Under the pieces are notes generated by a model. It worked only from the letters and a program-made list of their open reading frames with translations, did no database searches and had not been told where the DNA came from. A stretch of DNA of 63,827 bases, the filler included, from Octopus bimaculoides (Eukaryota), in assembly GCF_001194135.2 (NCBI RefSeq). It is 7 parts of 7 records of this genome, joined end to end, with 100 filler letters (N's around TTAATTAATTAA, not from the genome) between each part and the next. Parts side by side here need not be neighbours in the genome. Positions count along the whole stretch, not along the records: positions 1 to 27,082 come from NC_068992.1; positions 27,183 to 40,538 come from NW_026432854.1; 5 more parts are not named here. The stretch is one strand, 5' to 3'. A program made the translations under genes and the position numbers. Below are positions 26,106 to 39,011 of the stretch, piece by piece (the first letter of the stretch is position 1; each line of letters opens with the position of its first letter).

Positions 26106-27022
26106 ACACATATATATATATATGTATGTATGCAAGTATGTATATGCTTGTGTGTCTGTGTTTGTCCCCCCACCATCGCTTGACAACCGATGTTGGTGTA
26201 TTTATGTCTCCGTACTTAATGGTTCAGCAAAAGAGACCAACAGAATAAGTACTAGGCTTACAAAGAATAAGTCCTGGGGTTGATTTGTTCGACTAAAAGT
26301 GGTGCTCCAGCATGGCCACAGTCAAATGACTGAAACAAATAAAAGAATAAGAGAATGAAAGAAAACACAACGGTAACTATGGATACATTTTCAAATGTAG
26401 CAGTAGAATAAGCAGATGTGCTTTAAGAGGAAACAGCTGGGATTTTTCCTAACAACCTATATAATATGTATATATGTGGTTGTGTGTCTGTGTGTATATA
26501 TACATACATATATATCTATATATCAACAGTGTTAACCTACTAACACTAACATCGTGCTGTATTAAATCCGAGTGAAACAGAGTTCATTTAACAATGAGGA
26601 CCTGTTGAACTAAGTGAGAGTGTAGTTGTGGCTGATGCCAGTGCCTCCTGACTGGCATCCATGCCACTGACATGTGAAAATCACCATTTGAGTGTTGGGC
26701 CTCATGCAGGCAGTGACAGGTGAGCAAGATCCTTGGCGATATACTGTGCTTGTGTTGATCTGTCAAGCCAAGTGTAGATTAGGTAGGCATAATTTGATCC
26801 TGCTTTTCAATTTAAGTATTAAAACTACGCATAGTACTACTGTAGTACACGTACCGCGTACATTCTTACAACAACGTTTTCTTTACGTACTATAAAGGCA
26901 GAAGTAATTCTGCCTCGAAATCAGTTGCACGCCTGTGTTTCGCTTAATTTTTTTGCATATTTTACTACATAAATGTCACCAACTGCCTACCCTAAGTCAT
27001 TACTGTTGGCATGTGCCTTACA

Positions 27023-27080
<58 letters not shown>

Positions 27081-27082
27081 TA

Positions 27083-27182
27083 NNNNNNNNNNNNNNNNNN
27101 NNNNNNNNNNNNNNNNNNNNNNNNNNTTAATTAATTAANNNNNNNNNNNNNNNNNNNNNNNNNNNNNNNNNNNNNNNNNNNN
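27083..27182. other. Artificial assembly linker 44N-TTAATTAATTAA-44N
   Basis: Identical 100-nt blocks lie at 27083, 40539, 53759, 59170, 61073 and 62555. The palindromic 12-mer has stop codons in all six frames. Confidence 0.95.
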
Positions 27183-28180
27183 AAAGCCCAAAAAAGTCAA
27201 ATGGAAAGATAGCGTTACCATGAAATGTTATCAAACTGTATGTCAATCATAATGGTAAAGGGGTGGATGTATATTGGATCACAGAAGTAGGTAACAAATG
27301 ATGGATAATGGTGGGTAATGAGGGAATGTAAGAGGAACCGCATAGGAAAAGTCTGTGGTGACAAGACAATACAGGAGTTCGATCAAGGTCAGGTGAAGAT
27401 CGGATGAGAAGGTGGGGGTTTGGTAATGTTGACAATGAGAAATGATAAATTGCATTGGAAAGGAGAGAGAAAGAGGGGTGGGTAGGGATAAAGAGAAATG
27501 CACTTGGATGTGTAGAGTTGGTAGGATAATTAAAAGTAAAATAATAATAATAAACGATAGGGAAAAGAGAGAATTTTTTTTAATTGGTAACGACAAAATG
27601 AAAACCAAATTCAAGGAAATGGTAAAGTGAAATAAAGGAATCCCTCCAAGGAAGAGAGTAGAGGAAGAAGTAGACAAAATAGGGAATAAAAATGAAGGAA
27701 AATCATAGAAATTGAAAAACTAAATGAAAGAAAAAATAGAGAATGAGAGAAACAGAGAGATAGAGAAGGGGAGAGAAGGAAAGAGAGGGGAGTAAGGAAT
27801 AGTGGGGGAGAAAGAATGGAATAGTTTTGGAGCCACGAAAACTAAAATGAGGAATAAGAGAGAGAGATATTGAGAGAATCTGTGTTGGAATAATATATTT
27901 GTTCTTCACTGTCCAAATTCATTGACAGTAGAGGAAAATAAAACAAAGAAACGAAACAAAATGAAAAAAAAAAATGAAAGAAAAACAAAAACAAAAAAAT
28001 TAAGAAACACTTTTTTTTTTTTTTATAGACTTTGCTATTATTTTGGAGAATTGCATCTCTTGAAAGTATTTAGGATCCTTAAAAGCAGAATGACAGTTCA
28101 GCTGTCACTCAGAGCTATAATATGTCTCAGGTCTTAGAAGTGATCTGTAAAGTGATCCACTTAACAGGCAGGGAAGTTTA

Positions 28181-28217
<37 letters not shown>

Positions 28218-30654
28218 GTAATAATATTAGTAATGTACAAATATGTTCTGCTATAGATTTTAATTTCTTTTAAATTCATTTTTGTCTTGTTGCATTCTGT
28301 TTTTACCTTATAAGCATTATATATGTCATTTTTCTACATCTTTTGTCATTTCTTTCTATATTACTAAGCTTTGAACACTAGAAGCATCTACGTGTGTGCA
28401 TTTAGAAACACCTGCACGAGTATGTATGTGTGAGTGTGTGTGTGTGTGTGTGTTATGTATGTTAGTGAGTGTGTATTTTGTCAGTATGTATATAATGCCC
28501 AGTTCATGCAGTTCTTGTCTCCATCATATTTAATATATGAAATAAGTCTTGCAAGGAAAGACGTGACATTGTCATTTTCTGTTAAACTTCTTTTAGCATC
28601 ACTTATCTGTCTGAAAGATAAAAATTCTGTCCCATTCGATAACAGATTTTGCTTATCAAATGACAATAAATCAAAGAGTAGTCAAAGATAGTGAGTATAT
28701 TTGGTTGATGGACAGAAATAAGGCACTATTTCAATCAAATGAAGAATAACTCAAAGATCTATTGGAAAGTTTTCATTAATACATGACAGAACAGTAGTCT
28801 TTTAGAATATTATTTGGTATCTTTATCTCAAGTCAGAGACTAGTTTAATAGCGTTGGCTCAGGTTCAGGAAAATATACTAAGTTCTGTTAGTAAACTATA
28901 TACTAACTTTATAAATTTACTAAATCTTTGTTGAAAGTAAGTTTATATTTATGCAATTGATGTGAGTAAATTAAAACCACTTTTCTTTTCAGCTTTCTAT
29001 TTCTTCAAAAGTACCCAGGGTATTTGAAAGGATGCCGAAATCAACAGAATTTGGTTGTTGCTGGATTAAACTTTTAAGTTGGAGAAATGTATTACTGACA
29101 TGGTTGTGGAAAGTAGTGTAATTAAATATACGAAAGAAAGAGAAAACACAAAAAAGGAACCATAGCTATTTCACACTGTTGAAAATAAGCTATCTCACAG
29201 TAAATTGAAATTGGCTGTCTGTAGTTGAAGTCTTCAATAATAGAAGAAGTTTGTAAAATACATTTTGAAAAGAATACATAAAAATTAGAATTTATAAATA
29301 TTATCTAGACTGTGTTGATTTTAATAATTACTTTATTTCAGTAAAAGTTACATACTCTTAAGTAATTAATTAGCAGCTTTCTTTGTTTTAATATAGATGT
29401 TATTGCAAATTTAGATTTGCCAGATAGATTTGAAGGTTATAAGAATGATCAGTGCTCAAATGGATCACAAATGAGCAAGTACTAGATATTGATCTATCTT
29501 GTCTTACTATGTAAGGTCTAGCATGAAATGTAATATAGTATCTAGGAAAAGAGTAATGTAGTCTTTATAACAATGCATTTGTTACGCAAATAAATGATCG
29601 TCCTCATCGTCGTCCCATTCACTTTTCCATGGATGCATGGTAGAAAGGGAAGGTCAAGTTACTTATTTGAGTTATGTCGACTCATAATGGCCAGCTTCCT
29701 TGGTTTCATGGTATATATATTCTCCACCCGGACAGGACACTGGTAAGTCGAAGGAATACTCATTTTTACCAGCTGAATGGACTGGAGCAATATGAAATGA
29801 AGTGTTTTTGCTCAAAAACACTTCACCTGGTCCAGGAATTGAAACCACAATTTTACAGTTATAAGTCCAACACCCTAACCGCTAAGCCATGCACCTCTAC
29901 CATGGATGCATTAGTCAGACAGAATTCATTGATGCCAATGTCTGCAGCTGGATGTCTTTCTTGTCCTCAAACTTCACTTGTTTGTAAGTAAGGTAATATT
30001 ACTCCATGACCAGACATGTTTTTATGGAAGATTGAAAATGAAAGACACTGCTTGCATGCACTAGCATAACTAGGGTGTAAGGTCTGTCCAAACCCAAGCA
30101 GCACCTTTAAAGGGGTGGCACTTTTGGGTCTGCTGTCAGCAGTACGTGTTTCTTTCATGGGGTCCTGAGGTGGCAAATGGAAGGGCCACCCTGGATGGCA
30201 CACATTCTAGCAAAGCATGTGCTTGCATCATGGTGATGCTTGTTTATGACTATCACACAATACTAATTAAAGCAAACACTAGCACACGCATTTATATACA
30301 TATATATGATGGGTTTCTTCCAGTTTCTCTCAACCAAATCCCCTCACAACACTTTGCTCAGTCTGGGGTTACCATAGTAAACACTTGCCAAAGATGCCAT
30401 GCAGAAGGACTGAACCAGAAACCATGTGGTTGGAAAGCAAGATTCTATATCACCCAGCCACAAAATATGTGAACACATAGGTGCAGACATGACTCTGTGG
30501 TCAGAAGCTTGCTTTCCGACCATATGGTTCCATGTTCAGTCCCACTGCGTGGAACCTTAGGCAAATGTCTTCTGTTATAGCCTTGGGCTGACCAAAGCCA
30601 TGTGAGTGGACTTGGTAGACGAAAACTGAAAGAAGCCTATCGTGTATATGTATA

Positions 30655-30688
<34 letters not shown>

Positions 30689-31303
30689 TGTTTGTGTTTG
30701 TCCCCCAACCATTGCTTGACAACCGATGTTGGTGTGTTTACGTCCTCGTAACTTAGCAGTTCAGCAAAAGGGACCAATAGGATAAGTACTAGGCTTATAA
30801 AGAGTAAGTCCTGGAGTCGACTTGCTCAAACGAAAGATGGTGCTCCAGTATGGCCACAGGCAAATGAGGGAAACAAATAAAAGAGTAAAAGAATAAAATA
30901 TATATAACTTGTTTCTTGGCATAGATAATAAGCTTTAGGCAATTATAATGTGATTGAACATAAGTAAAGGCATGAATATCACAGCTTCTTATTCAGACTG
31001 ATTTACTTATTGTAGCCTTCATGCTGAAGGTAGTAGGATGAACTATACACTTTTCAATATTGTTGCCTACATTATGTATTCCATAATGAGGAAATGTTGA
31101 TCTTAACTTGGAATAATGAATATTTATTTCACTTCATAACTGATGCCATGTATCCATGACAGAAATAGAATTTATTAAAGATTACAGGTTTGATACTTTG
31201 ATGAAAATAATTATTTCTGAGACAAAAAGTAACGTTTAGTTAAATTAATTCCCGTTTTCACTGTTGTTGATTTTGAAGTCCTGGGATTAATATAATAAAC
31301 GAT

Positions 31304-31478
31304 AGGCGTAGGAGTGGCTGTGTGGTAAGTAGCTTGCTTACCAACCACATGGTTCTGGGTTCAGTCCCACTGCATGGCACCTAGGGCAAGTATCTTCTAC
31401 TATAGCTTCGGGCACTCCAAAGCCATGTGAGTGGATCTGGTAGACGAAGCTGAAAGAAGCCTGTCGAATATATGTATA

Positions 31479-31532
<54 letters not shown>

Positions 31533-31745
31533 CATATGTTTGTGTCTGTGTTTGTCTCCCCCAACATCGCTTGACAACCAATGCTGGTGTGTTTACGTCC
31601 CTGTAACTTAGCAGTTCAGCAAAAGGTAACCGATAGAATAAGTACTAGGCTTACAAAGAATAAGTCCTGGGGTCGATTTACTCGACTAGAGGCAGTGCTC
31701 CAGCATGGCCAGTCAAATAACTGAAACAAGTAAAAGAATAAAAGG
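31304..31745 (+). mobile_element. tRNA-headed SINE family B, full-length copy
   Basis: Head ggcgtaggagtggctgtgtggtaag..gggttcagtccc (Pol III A/B-box-like), body ccttgggcaagtgtcttc, internal (TA/TG)n, tail aagtaaaaga. Other copies or pieces lie at about 1110-1208, 8750-9100(-), 11120-11460, 14085-14200, 24320-24680, 25281-25430, 26130-26360, 30250-30440(-), 30475-30900, 37490-37790, 39090-39470(-), 40639-40936(-), 55230-55390(-) and 59275-59420. Confidence 0.85.
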
Positions 31746-32477
31746 ATATCCCTCTTCACAGTGAAGTCATATAGTTTAGTGGTGATGGCATTGCATTCAC
31801 GATTGTCAGATCGTGGTTTCAATTCCTGGGCTAGGCAGTGCATTGTGTTCTTGCGCAAGACACTTCCTTTCATGTAATTCCAGTCCACTCATCTGTAAGT
31901 GAGTAACTTTGCGAAGGACTAGCATCCTTTCCAGGGGGAATGTTGTGATCTTGGTCGCTTATACACCATGGATCAGGATTGTAAAACCAAGGTGCTACAT
32001 AAAACAGCATTGGTGTGAGTGCTGGTTAAAGTGAAAAAGGCACTGGTGCTGGTGCCACATAGAAACCACTGTTGGTGATGCCGTGTAAAATGCACCTGGT
32101 ACATTTTATGGAGCAGTTGGTGATAGGAAGGAAATCCAACCAGAGAAACCAAGCCATTACAGACTATGGAACTTGGTGTGGTCCCTGGCCTTGCCTGTTC
32201 CTGCTAAGCTATCCAACCCATGCCAGCATGGAAAACAAATATTAAATATTAATGATGATGATGTTGAAAACTTATTGACTGACTTGATGAATGTTAGGGA
32301 GCAAGACTGAACGATACATTTTATACAAATATCCCTCCCCATATCAAGTGTTGTGACCTTGCACCCAAATTAGAAAACACCATTTGATTGTTTTATATGT
32401 TTTACATGATTTTAATGCTCACAGAAGTGAGATGAATATGTTATTCCAGTTCTTTATTGAAGAGATGAGGAATTACG

Positions 32478-32811
32478 TACATTATTTACATTTGATGGAT
32501 ATTTGAATATTTGTCCTCATCTTATTTCTTGTTAACACAATGTTTCGGCTGATATGTTCTCCAGCCTTCTTCAGGTGTCTTGGGGAAATTTTGAACCTGG
32601 GTTCTCATTCCTAAGGTATTTTTCGATGTTATTATTATTATTATGATGATTATTATTATTATTATTGTTATTCAGGTCACTGCCTGGAATCGATCTCGGA
32701 ATTTCCCCAAGACACCTGATGAAGGCTGGAGAGTATATCAGCAGAAAAGTTGTGTTAACAACAAACAAGATGAGGACAAATATCCGTGAAATATAAACAA
32801 TGTAAATAATG
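32478..32811. repeat. Foldback inverted repeat (about 110-bp arms) of a Penelope-like terminal repeat
   Basis: About 32478-32590 is the reverse complement of about 32700-32811; the spacer contains (ATT)n. Confidence 0.88.
32711..32756 (+). ncRNA. Degenerate minimal hammerhead ribozyme motif (mirror copy 32534-32579, - strand)
   Basis: GACAC CUGAUGA A GGCUG-N10-CAGCA GAAA AGUU GUGUU; the mirror copy reads GACAC CUGAAGA A GGCUG-N10-CAGCC GAAA CAUU GUGUU. The consensus is a canonical PLE-type HHR, but each copy has helix-breaking substitutions. Confidence 0.65.
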
Positions 32812-34374
32812 AATATGTTATTATTGAGCAATTGTTCTCACAGCTGGATGCTCTTCTCGATGCTAACCCTCGCCTATTTGTCTAGTAAGGGATCATTTAT
32901 TGCACATAGCTTTGGAGGTACAAAGTGAGTGGGCAATCTACTGGCTGTGGAAATGCAAACAGAGCACCATGTGAAGTAATCGCAGACACTCATACATGCA
33001 TGAATGCACACAAACGCACACACACACACACACACACACCCCTAAAGATTTTGCTTAGGCATGGCAGTACCAATTGTTAACCTTAAAATACTTATGCTTT
33101 TAAGTAAACAATCAAAAGAGCATAGAACTTAATATCAGTTAACGAATAGCACAAGAATAATAGCTTTATAGCCCTCATTAGCTTACAGCTGTTTCTGGCA
33201 TAACAGGTAGAGCCCTAAGAGCTGAACATTTGTGCAAAATCCTACAACTTCCTTCAAATCGTTAAAATGGAATACGTGTCTATTTTGGAAAGCAGTTAAA
33301 TACATAGGATTGGTTATATTAAAAAAGAAAAATGATATGGGTTGAAGCCATGCTCAGATATATACAGATTTACACATATTTAATGTACAATATATGGATT
33401 TATATAATCCATCAGTATAAACCAATACATAGAAGTATAATGTAGTGTCATATGCAGATGAAATGCAGTAAATCCAATCAGTGAAGATTATTTCATTAGG
33501 ATTATATAGAATATAAAGAAAGTCAGGGGGTACGAGATGAATATATTTATCTCACCAGTTGATACCCATTAAATGACAGCTATTTCACAGATAACATCAT
33601 GCAAATATAATTCATTTTAGTGTATAATAAATTATTTTACATGTCTGCACTAGTGTGTATACTATAAATTGCATAGTACTATAATATGTTTTACAAAGCG
33701 ATGCAAATACACAAGGCTAGCTCTTCAGATCAACAGAATATCATTGTTACATTATTTTTTCAACTTCAGTATACACACACAAAGAAATTATCTTACAGAT
33801 TTACATATACATGTATATTCACATTCTCACATTATAACTATTTATTTATTTTCTATTTATATAAGTGTGTATAAATGATATTCATGTATGTTTGTAGTCA
33901 TATCTGTATGTGAATCCATAGATATACACTATGTACTAAATATTTTAAACTCTTTTTTTTTTCACATACCCATTCCATATTGCCTCAGCAATTAGACGTT
34001 TCTTGTGGAGTCAAACCATGCTATTCACAGACGTTCATGGTGATTTTTCATTGCAACCTACACATATGCTATTTTCTTATTCTTCCTGACATATACTGAA
34101 ACTCCAATCACTTTTACATACATACAATACATATGTGTGTGTGTGTGTGTGTGTGTGTATAAAATATAATTCATATTTGTAGTATATATCATATGGTGGT
34201 ATTATTTCTTGCCACTCCTGTACCACAAAAATTAATGAAATGATCCTAAATATCTCTGATAAAACAGTGTAGGCATTGTATATGATGTATACTCATTTGT
34301 ATATGTGTGTGTATATATACATACATACATACAGATACACACATATGTATATATGTATAAAATAATTATATTTA

Positions 34375-34412
<38 letters not shown>

Positions 34413-34596
34413 NNNNNNNNNNNNNNNNNNNNNNNNNNNNNNNNNNNNNNNNNNNNNNNNNNNNNNNNNNNNNTTTTGTCATTCTCGTTATCAAGTTCTG
34501 CTAGAATGTTTCAGGGTTAACACGCAATTGACATAATAAAGCATTCAGTTCAACTTCAAGTTACATAATTTTCCATTATTATTGTTGTTATTATTA

Positions 34597-34631
<35 letters not shown>

Positions 34632-34633
<2 letters not shown>

Positions 34634-34845
34634 GGCGGTGAGCTGGTGGAAACATTAGTACAATGGTTGAAATACTTAGTGGCATTTTGTCCAGCCTCAC
34701 ATTCTGAGTTCAAATTCCACCAAGGTTTACTTTGTTTTCCAGCCTTTTCGGGTCGATAAGTTAAGTACCAGTGCAAAACTGGGGTTGATGTAATCGACTT
34801 AACCCCTCCTCCAAAAGTGCTGGCCCTGTACCAAAATTTGAAACC
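34632..34845 (+). mobile_element. tRNA-headed SINE family C flanked by (ATT)n
   Basis: aaggcggtgagctgg(c)agaa..ttctgagttcaaattcc..ggggtcgataaattaagtaccag. Other copies lie at about 7270-7500, 20940-21150, 23940-24135, 34898-35120, 36905-37122(-), 38545-38740(-), 38755-38976(-) and 58455-58560; most abut (ATT/TAA)n. Confidence 0.85.
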
Positions 34846-35164
34846 ATTATTATTACTATTATTATTATTAATATTATTGTTATTGTTGTTGCTGTTAAGG
34901 TAACGAGCTGGCAGAATCATTACCATGACAGAAAAATGCTTAGTGGCATTTTTTCCCACCTTAAAACATTCTGAGTTCAAATTCCACTGAGGTCAACTTT
35001 GCTTTACATCCTTTTGGGGGGTCAATAAATTAAGTACCAGTTGTATACTGGGGTCGATGTAATCGACTTACGTCTCTCCACCCCCCCAAATTTCAGGCCT
35101 TATGCCTTTAGTAGAAAGGATTATTATTATTAATATCATTATTATTATTATTATTATTATTATT

Positions 35165-35545
35165 GATGGTTTCCTTTCATTATAACTTTATTTCAGCTGA
35201 ACTTAGTACCAGGCTTCCTCTGGAGGTCAAGAGTAGCAAGGGCACTTTTGTTTTGCTATGCATGCAAAAATTATCACCACATTTATTCCATTTTAGATGG
35301 AGAATGCTTTCCGTAGTAAAGGGCTGTACCCATCAAGGTTATCTCTGGAGATTGGAGTTACCAGGGAGTTGCTTAATATACTTCTCAGCTCCCTTCTTTA
35401 TCATTCCCAATGCATTAATTACTACTGGTATTATCATAGTACTAAGCTTCCACATTTTTGTGATTTCAGTTTGCAGATGTTTATAGTGAGAAGGCTTATC
35501 ATATTCCTTTCTTGAGACATTTTGATCTTGTGGGACAGACATTAT
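35165..35545 (-). mobile_element. R4/Dong-like non-LTR 3' fragment (restriction-like endonuclease C-terminus)
   Basis: MSVPQDQNVSRKEYDKPSHYKHLQTEITKMWKLSTMIIPVVINALGMIKKGAEKYIKQLPG..TLMGTA..LRKAFSI* fits the RLE tail of R4-clade elements. Embedded in (ATT)n. Confidence 0.8.
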
Positions 35546-35576
35546 AATTATTATTATTATTATTGCTATTATCATT

Positions 35577-35750
35577 GCCTTTGCACAGCTTCTAACACTG
35601 GAGATGTACTATAGTGTCAGCTGTTCACTACCAGTGAACTAAGGTAACACCTCTTATTTTTCGAGCACCTTCCGGAGTATTCAAGCGGTCCCAAGCAGTG
35701 CTGTTTTCTGCAAGTGCTCCACCCTCATTGCAGCCCCTGTTTGTTCCTGT
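35577..35750 (-). mobile_element. Second R4/Dong-like 3' tail fragment
   Basis: Minus strand EHLQKTALLGTA*ILRKVLEK*, the typical terminal motif, followed by 3'UTR; flanked by (ATT)n. Confidence 0.72.
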
Positions 35751-35759
35751 TATTATTAC

Positions 35760-35796
<37 letters not shown>

Positions 35797-35886
35797 GAGT
35801 GAGAGAGCAGTGTATACCATCAAAGTGACACTGGGCTAAAATATACAAAGCCCAGTATAGCCATCATGACTATCCATCTGATAAGG

Positions 35887-35936
<50 letters not shown>

Positions 35937-37450
35937 CTTATTATACCTTTGACAATATTACCCTATTCTTATCTTTCTGTTTCTCAATGTTTTCAGTCAG
36001 TAACATCAGAATAAAGACATACAAACATTGAGTATAATGTCTTGTTATCTAGTGACCCAACAATAATTAACAACAAACATTTCAAAACTTGGTTCCAAAT
36101 TTCATTTCTGTAATTCTTAAAGTCTACAGCAATATATTATACATATTTCTGTCAATGTATAGCATATACAGCATAAGTATTAATGTTTACTTTACAGAGC
36201 TGAAAAAAATGTCTTTACTTAAACAAAAGCGCATTCATAAATGTGTTGATGCCGCTAGTAATACTGTTTTCTACAGAGTGAAAAATAACAAAGAGTATAA
36301 TATGAGTGTTTATTGAGAAAACTCTGTAATTATGAATAGATTTTCAATTTTATTTTCCTAATTTAGATATTTTTCTTTTCTAATTAAAGTTTAATATTTT
36401 TGGTTTTTTTAAGAGTAAGTATTGTACGTAAATTCAAAACATTGTGGCTTGAGTTTTCAGTTTTCTACACGTCTGGTATATCTATTGCTTCTATTAAATT
36501 AGAAAGATTTATCTAATTGATAATAATATTAATACAGCTTTCTGAATTTCATTTGGTTAATGCAATAAAAGATTTCAAAGAACAAATAAATTTTCTTTTT
36601 TTTTCTTTTTCAATTTCATTTGCTCGTTTTAAAACTGCTTTAAGTTTCAAACCAACATATTAGATAAAGAGAAAATTTTTTCAAAGAAATACATCAAAGA
36701 CTTCAAAGAGATGACATTCCAAATATGCTATTTTTAATACTATTAGATTAAAAAAAAAAATGTGAGGGAAAACAAAGGCTTATGCATTCTGCACTTTTGC
36801 ATGTTGATATTTCTTCATTGAAGAAGTGGCTGCCTTAACCACAATGAATATAATCAATGTTTATAATAATAATAATAATAACAATAATAATAATAATAAT
36901 AATAATCCTATTACTGGAATCACAAGGCTTCAAATTTGGTTGGGAAGAGATTAAGTCGATTACATCAACCCCAGCGCATTACTAGTTCTTATTTAATCGA
37001 CCCTGAAAGGACGAAAGGTAATGTTGACCTTGGCAGAATTTGAACTCAGAACGTAGCGACGGGTGAAATAGTCCTAAGTATTTTATCCCAGCATGCTAAC
37101 AATTCTGCCAGCTCACCGCCTTAATAATAATAATAATAATGATAATATGTTTTCGAAAATATATGGAAAATATATGTGAGCTTTGCAGTGCTTGCTTGGT
37201 CACTTACAGAAACTAATAATGACACCATTAAGTGACCATGCAAGTGCTGCAGAGGTCAAATATATTTTCCATAAATCTCTAAATGATATTCTTGGTGTAT
37301 TGCGAAAGTCAGTTTTACCTGAAACTGAACTCGTACTGCGTAAAGTGCTGTTTGTCTGAGGCCCTTGTTGTGACAGACAGCACAAATGCCTGGTACACAC
37401 AATATCATTAATCTACAGTATCAACATATTGAATACTCTGTGGCATCTTC

Positions 37451-37482
<32 letters not shown>

Positions 37483-38973
37483 TAATCACTATTGGCACAG
37501 GCATGGCTGTGTGGTAATAAGCTTGCTTCCCAAGCACATGGTTCCAGGTTCAGTCAGACAGCATGGCACCTTGGGCAAGTGTCTTCTACTATAGCTTCAG
37601 GTTGACCAAAGCCATGTGAGTGTATTTGATAGATGGAAACTAAAAGAAGCCTGTCGTATATATGTGTGTGTATTTGCATTTCTGTGTTTGTTCCTCCACC
37701 ATCGCTTGACAACTGTTGTTGGTGTGTTTACGTCACCATAACTTAGCGGTTCAACAAAAGAGACCAATAGATTAGGTACTAGGCTTGACCTTGAGCTAAA
37801 ATATGAAATCAATATCAGCGATTGAATCCTAGAACATTTGACTAGGGATTGTTAGTTTGTTCTTAAGTAGAGCAACTCAAAGGGGATATATTTCGCTTTC
37901 TAGATTAACAACATCTTTTCAAACACAAACTTCAGCTTAAGCAAAAACTCTAATTATCTTTACAGATATTAAGTATTAGTCAAATTCAATTAACGACATT
38001 TCACACTACAGAAACAGCTATAATATTCACACAGAAACTGACTTATCTATTCGGATTTCAACCCAGCATTGCAGTAGTAAACTATTTCATTGTGTCTCTT
38101 CCTTTAGATATAACCCTACCATATGTATCCTATCCTTTAAAACTTATCACCCTATTTCTACTTTGCCATATAACCCTTTTCCTTCTCTCATGGTCAATAT
38201 ACTTTCTACCTTGACTGGTGGTTCTCAAACTGGGGTCCATATGACATTTGGGGATCCATTTAAGGTTTTATTGTTAAAGTTTATGTGTAATAAATTGGTT
38301 AAATTTCTACAAAATGCAAAATATTTTAACAATTTGTTAATGCAATTCTTATTAATATTTAATTACAAACGAATGATGTGATATTTTTTTAAACATCGAA
38401 TGGTTTTTAGGGTCAACCTAAATAAAATAGTAATCGAAGGTGTCCATAGGTTAAAAAGGGTTGAGAACTGCTTGCCTGGATATTATTTGACCCTCCCTGA
38501 TCAGAAAGGCCCTACTGACATTGTGCACATGTAGATTAAATAATAACCCTTTCTACTGTAGAGACAAGGCCTGAAATTTGGGGGGCAGGTTGCCAGTCGA
38601 TTTGGTTAACTGGTACTTAATTTATTGACCCTGAAAGGCAAAGTCGACCTCGGTGGAATTTGAACTCTGAATGTAGCAATGGGCGAAATACTGCTAACCA
38701 CTTCCCCCAGCATGCTAAGCACTTCTGCCAGCTCTCTGCCTTTGGTTATTGTAATATTCTTTTCTACTCTAGGCACAAGGCCCGAAATTTGGGAGGAGGA
38801 GGCCAATCGATTAGATCAACGCCATTACACAACTGGTACTTGATTTATCGACCCTGAAAGGATGAAATGCAAAGTCGACTTTGGCGGAATTTGAACTTTG
38901 AATGTAGTGATGATGGGCAAAATACCACTTAGTACTTTGTCCAGCATACTAACGAATCTGCCAGCTTGCCACC

Positions 38974-39011
<38 letters not shown>

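Noticed and set aside
27127-27138. TTAATTAATTAA as a biological motif (homeodomain or piggyBac site)
   Set aside because: It is always centred in exactly 44 N on each side, so it is an assembly spacer.
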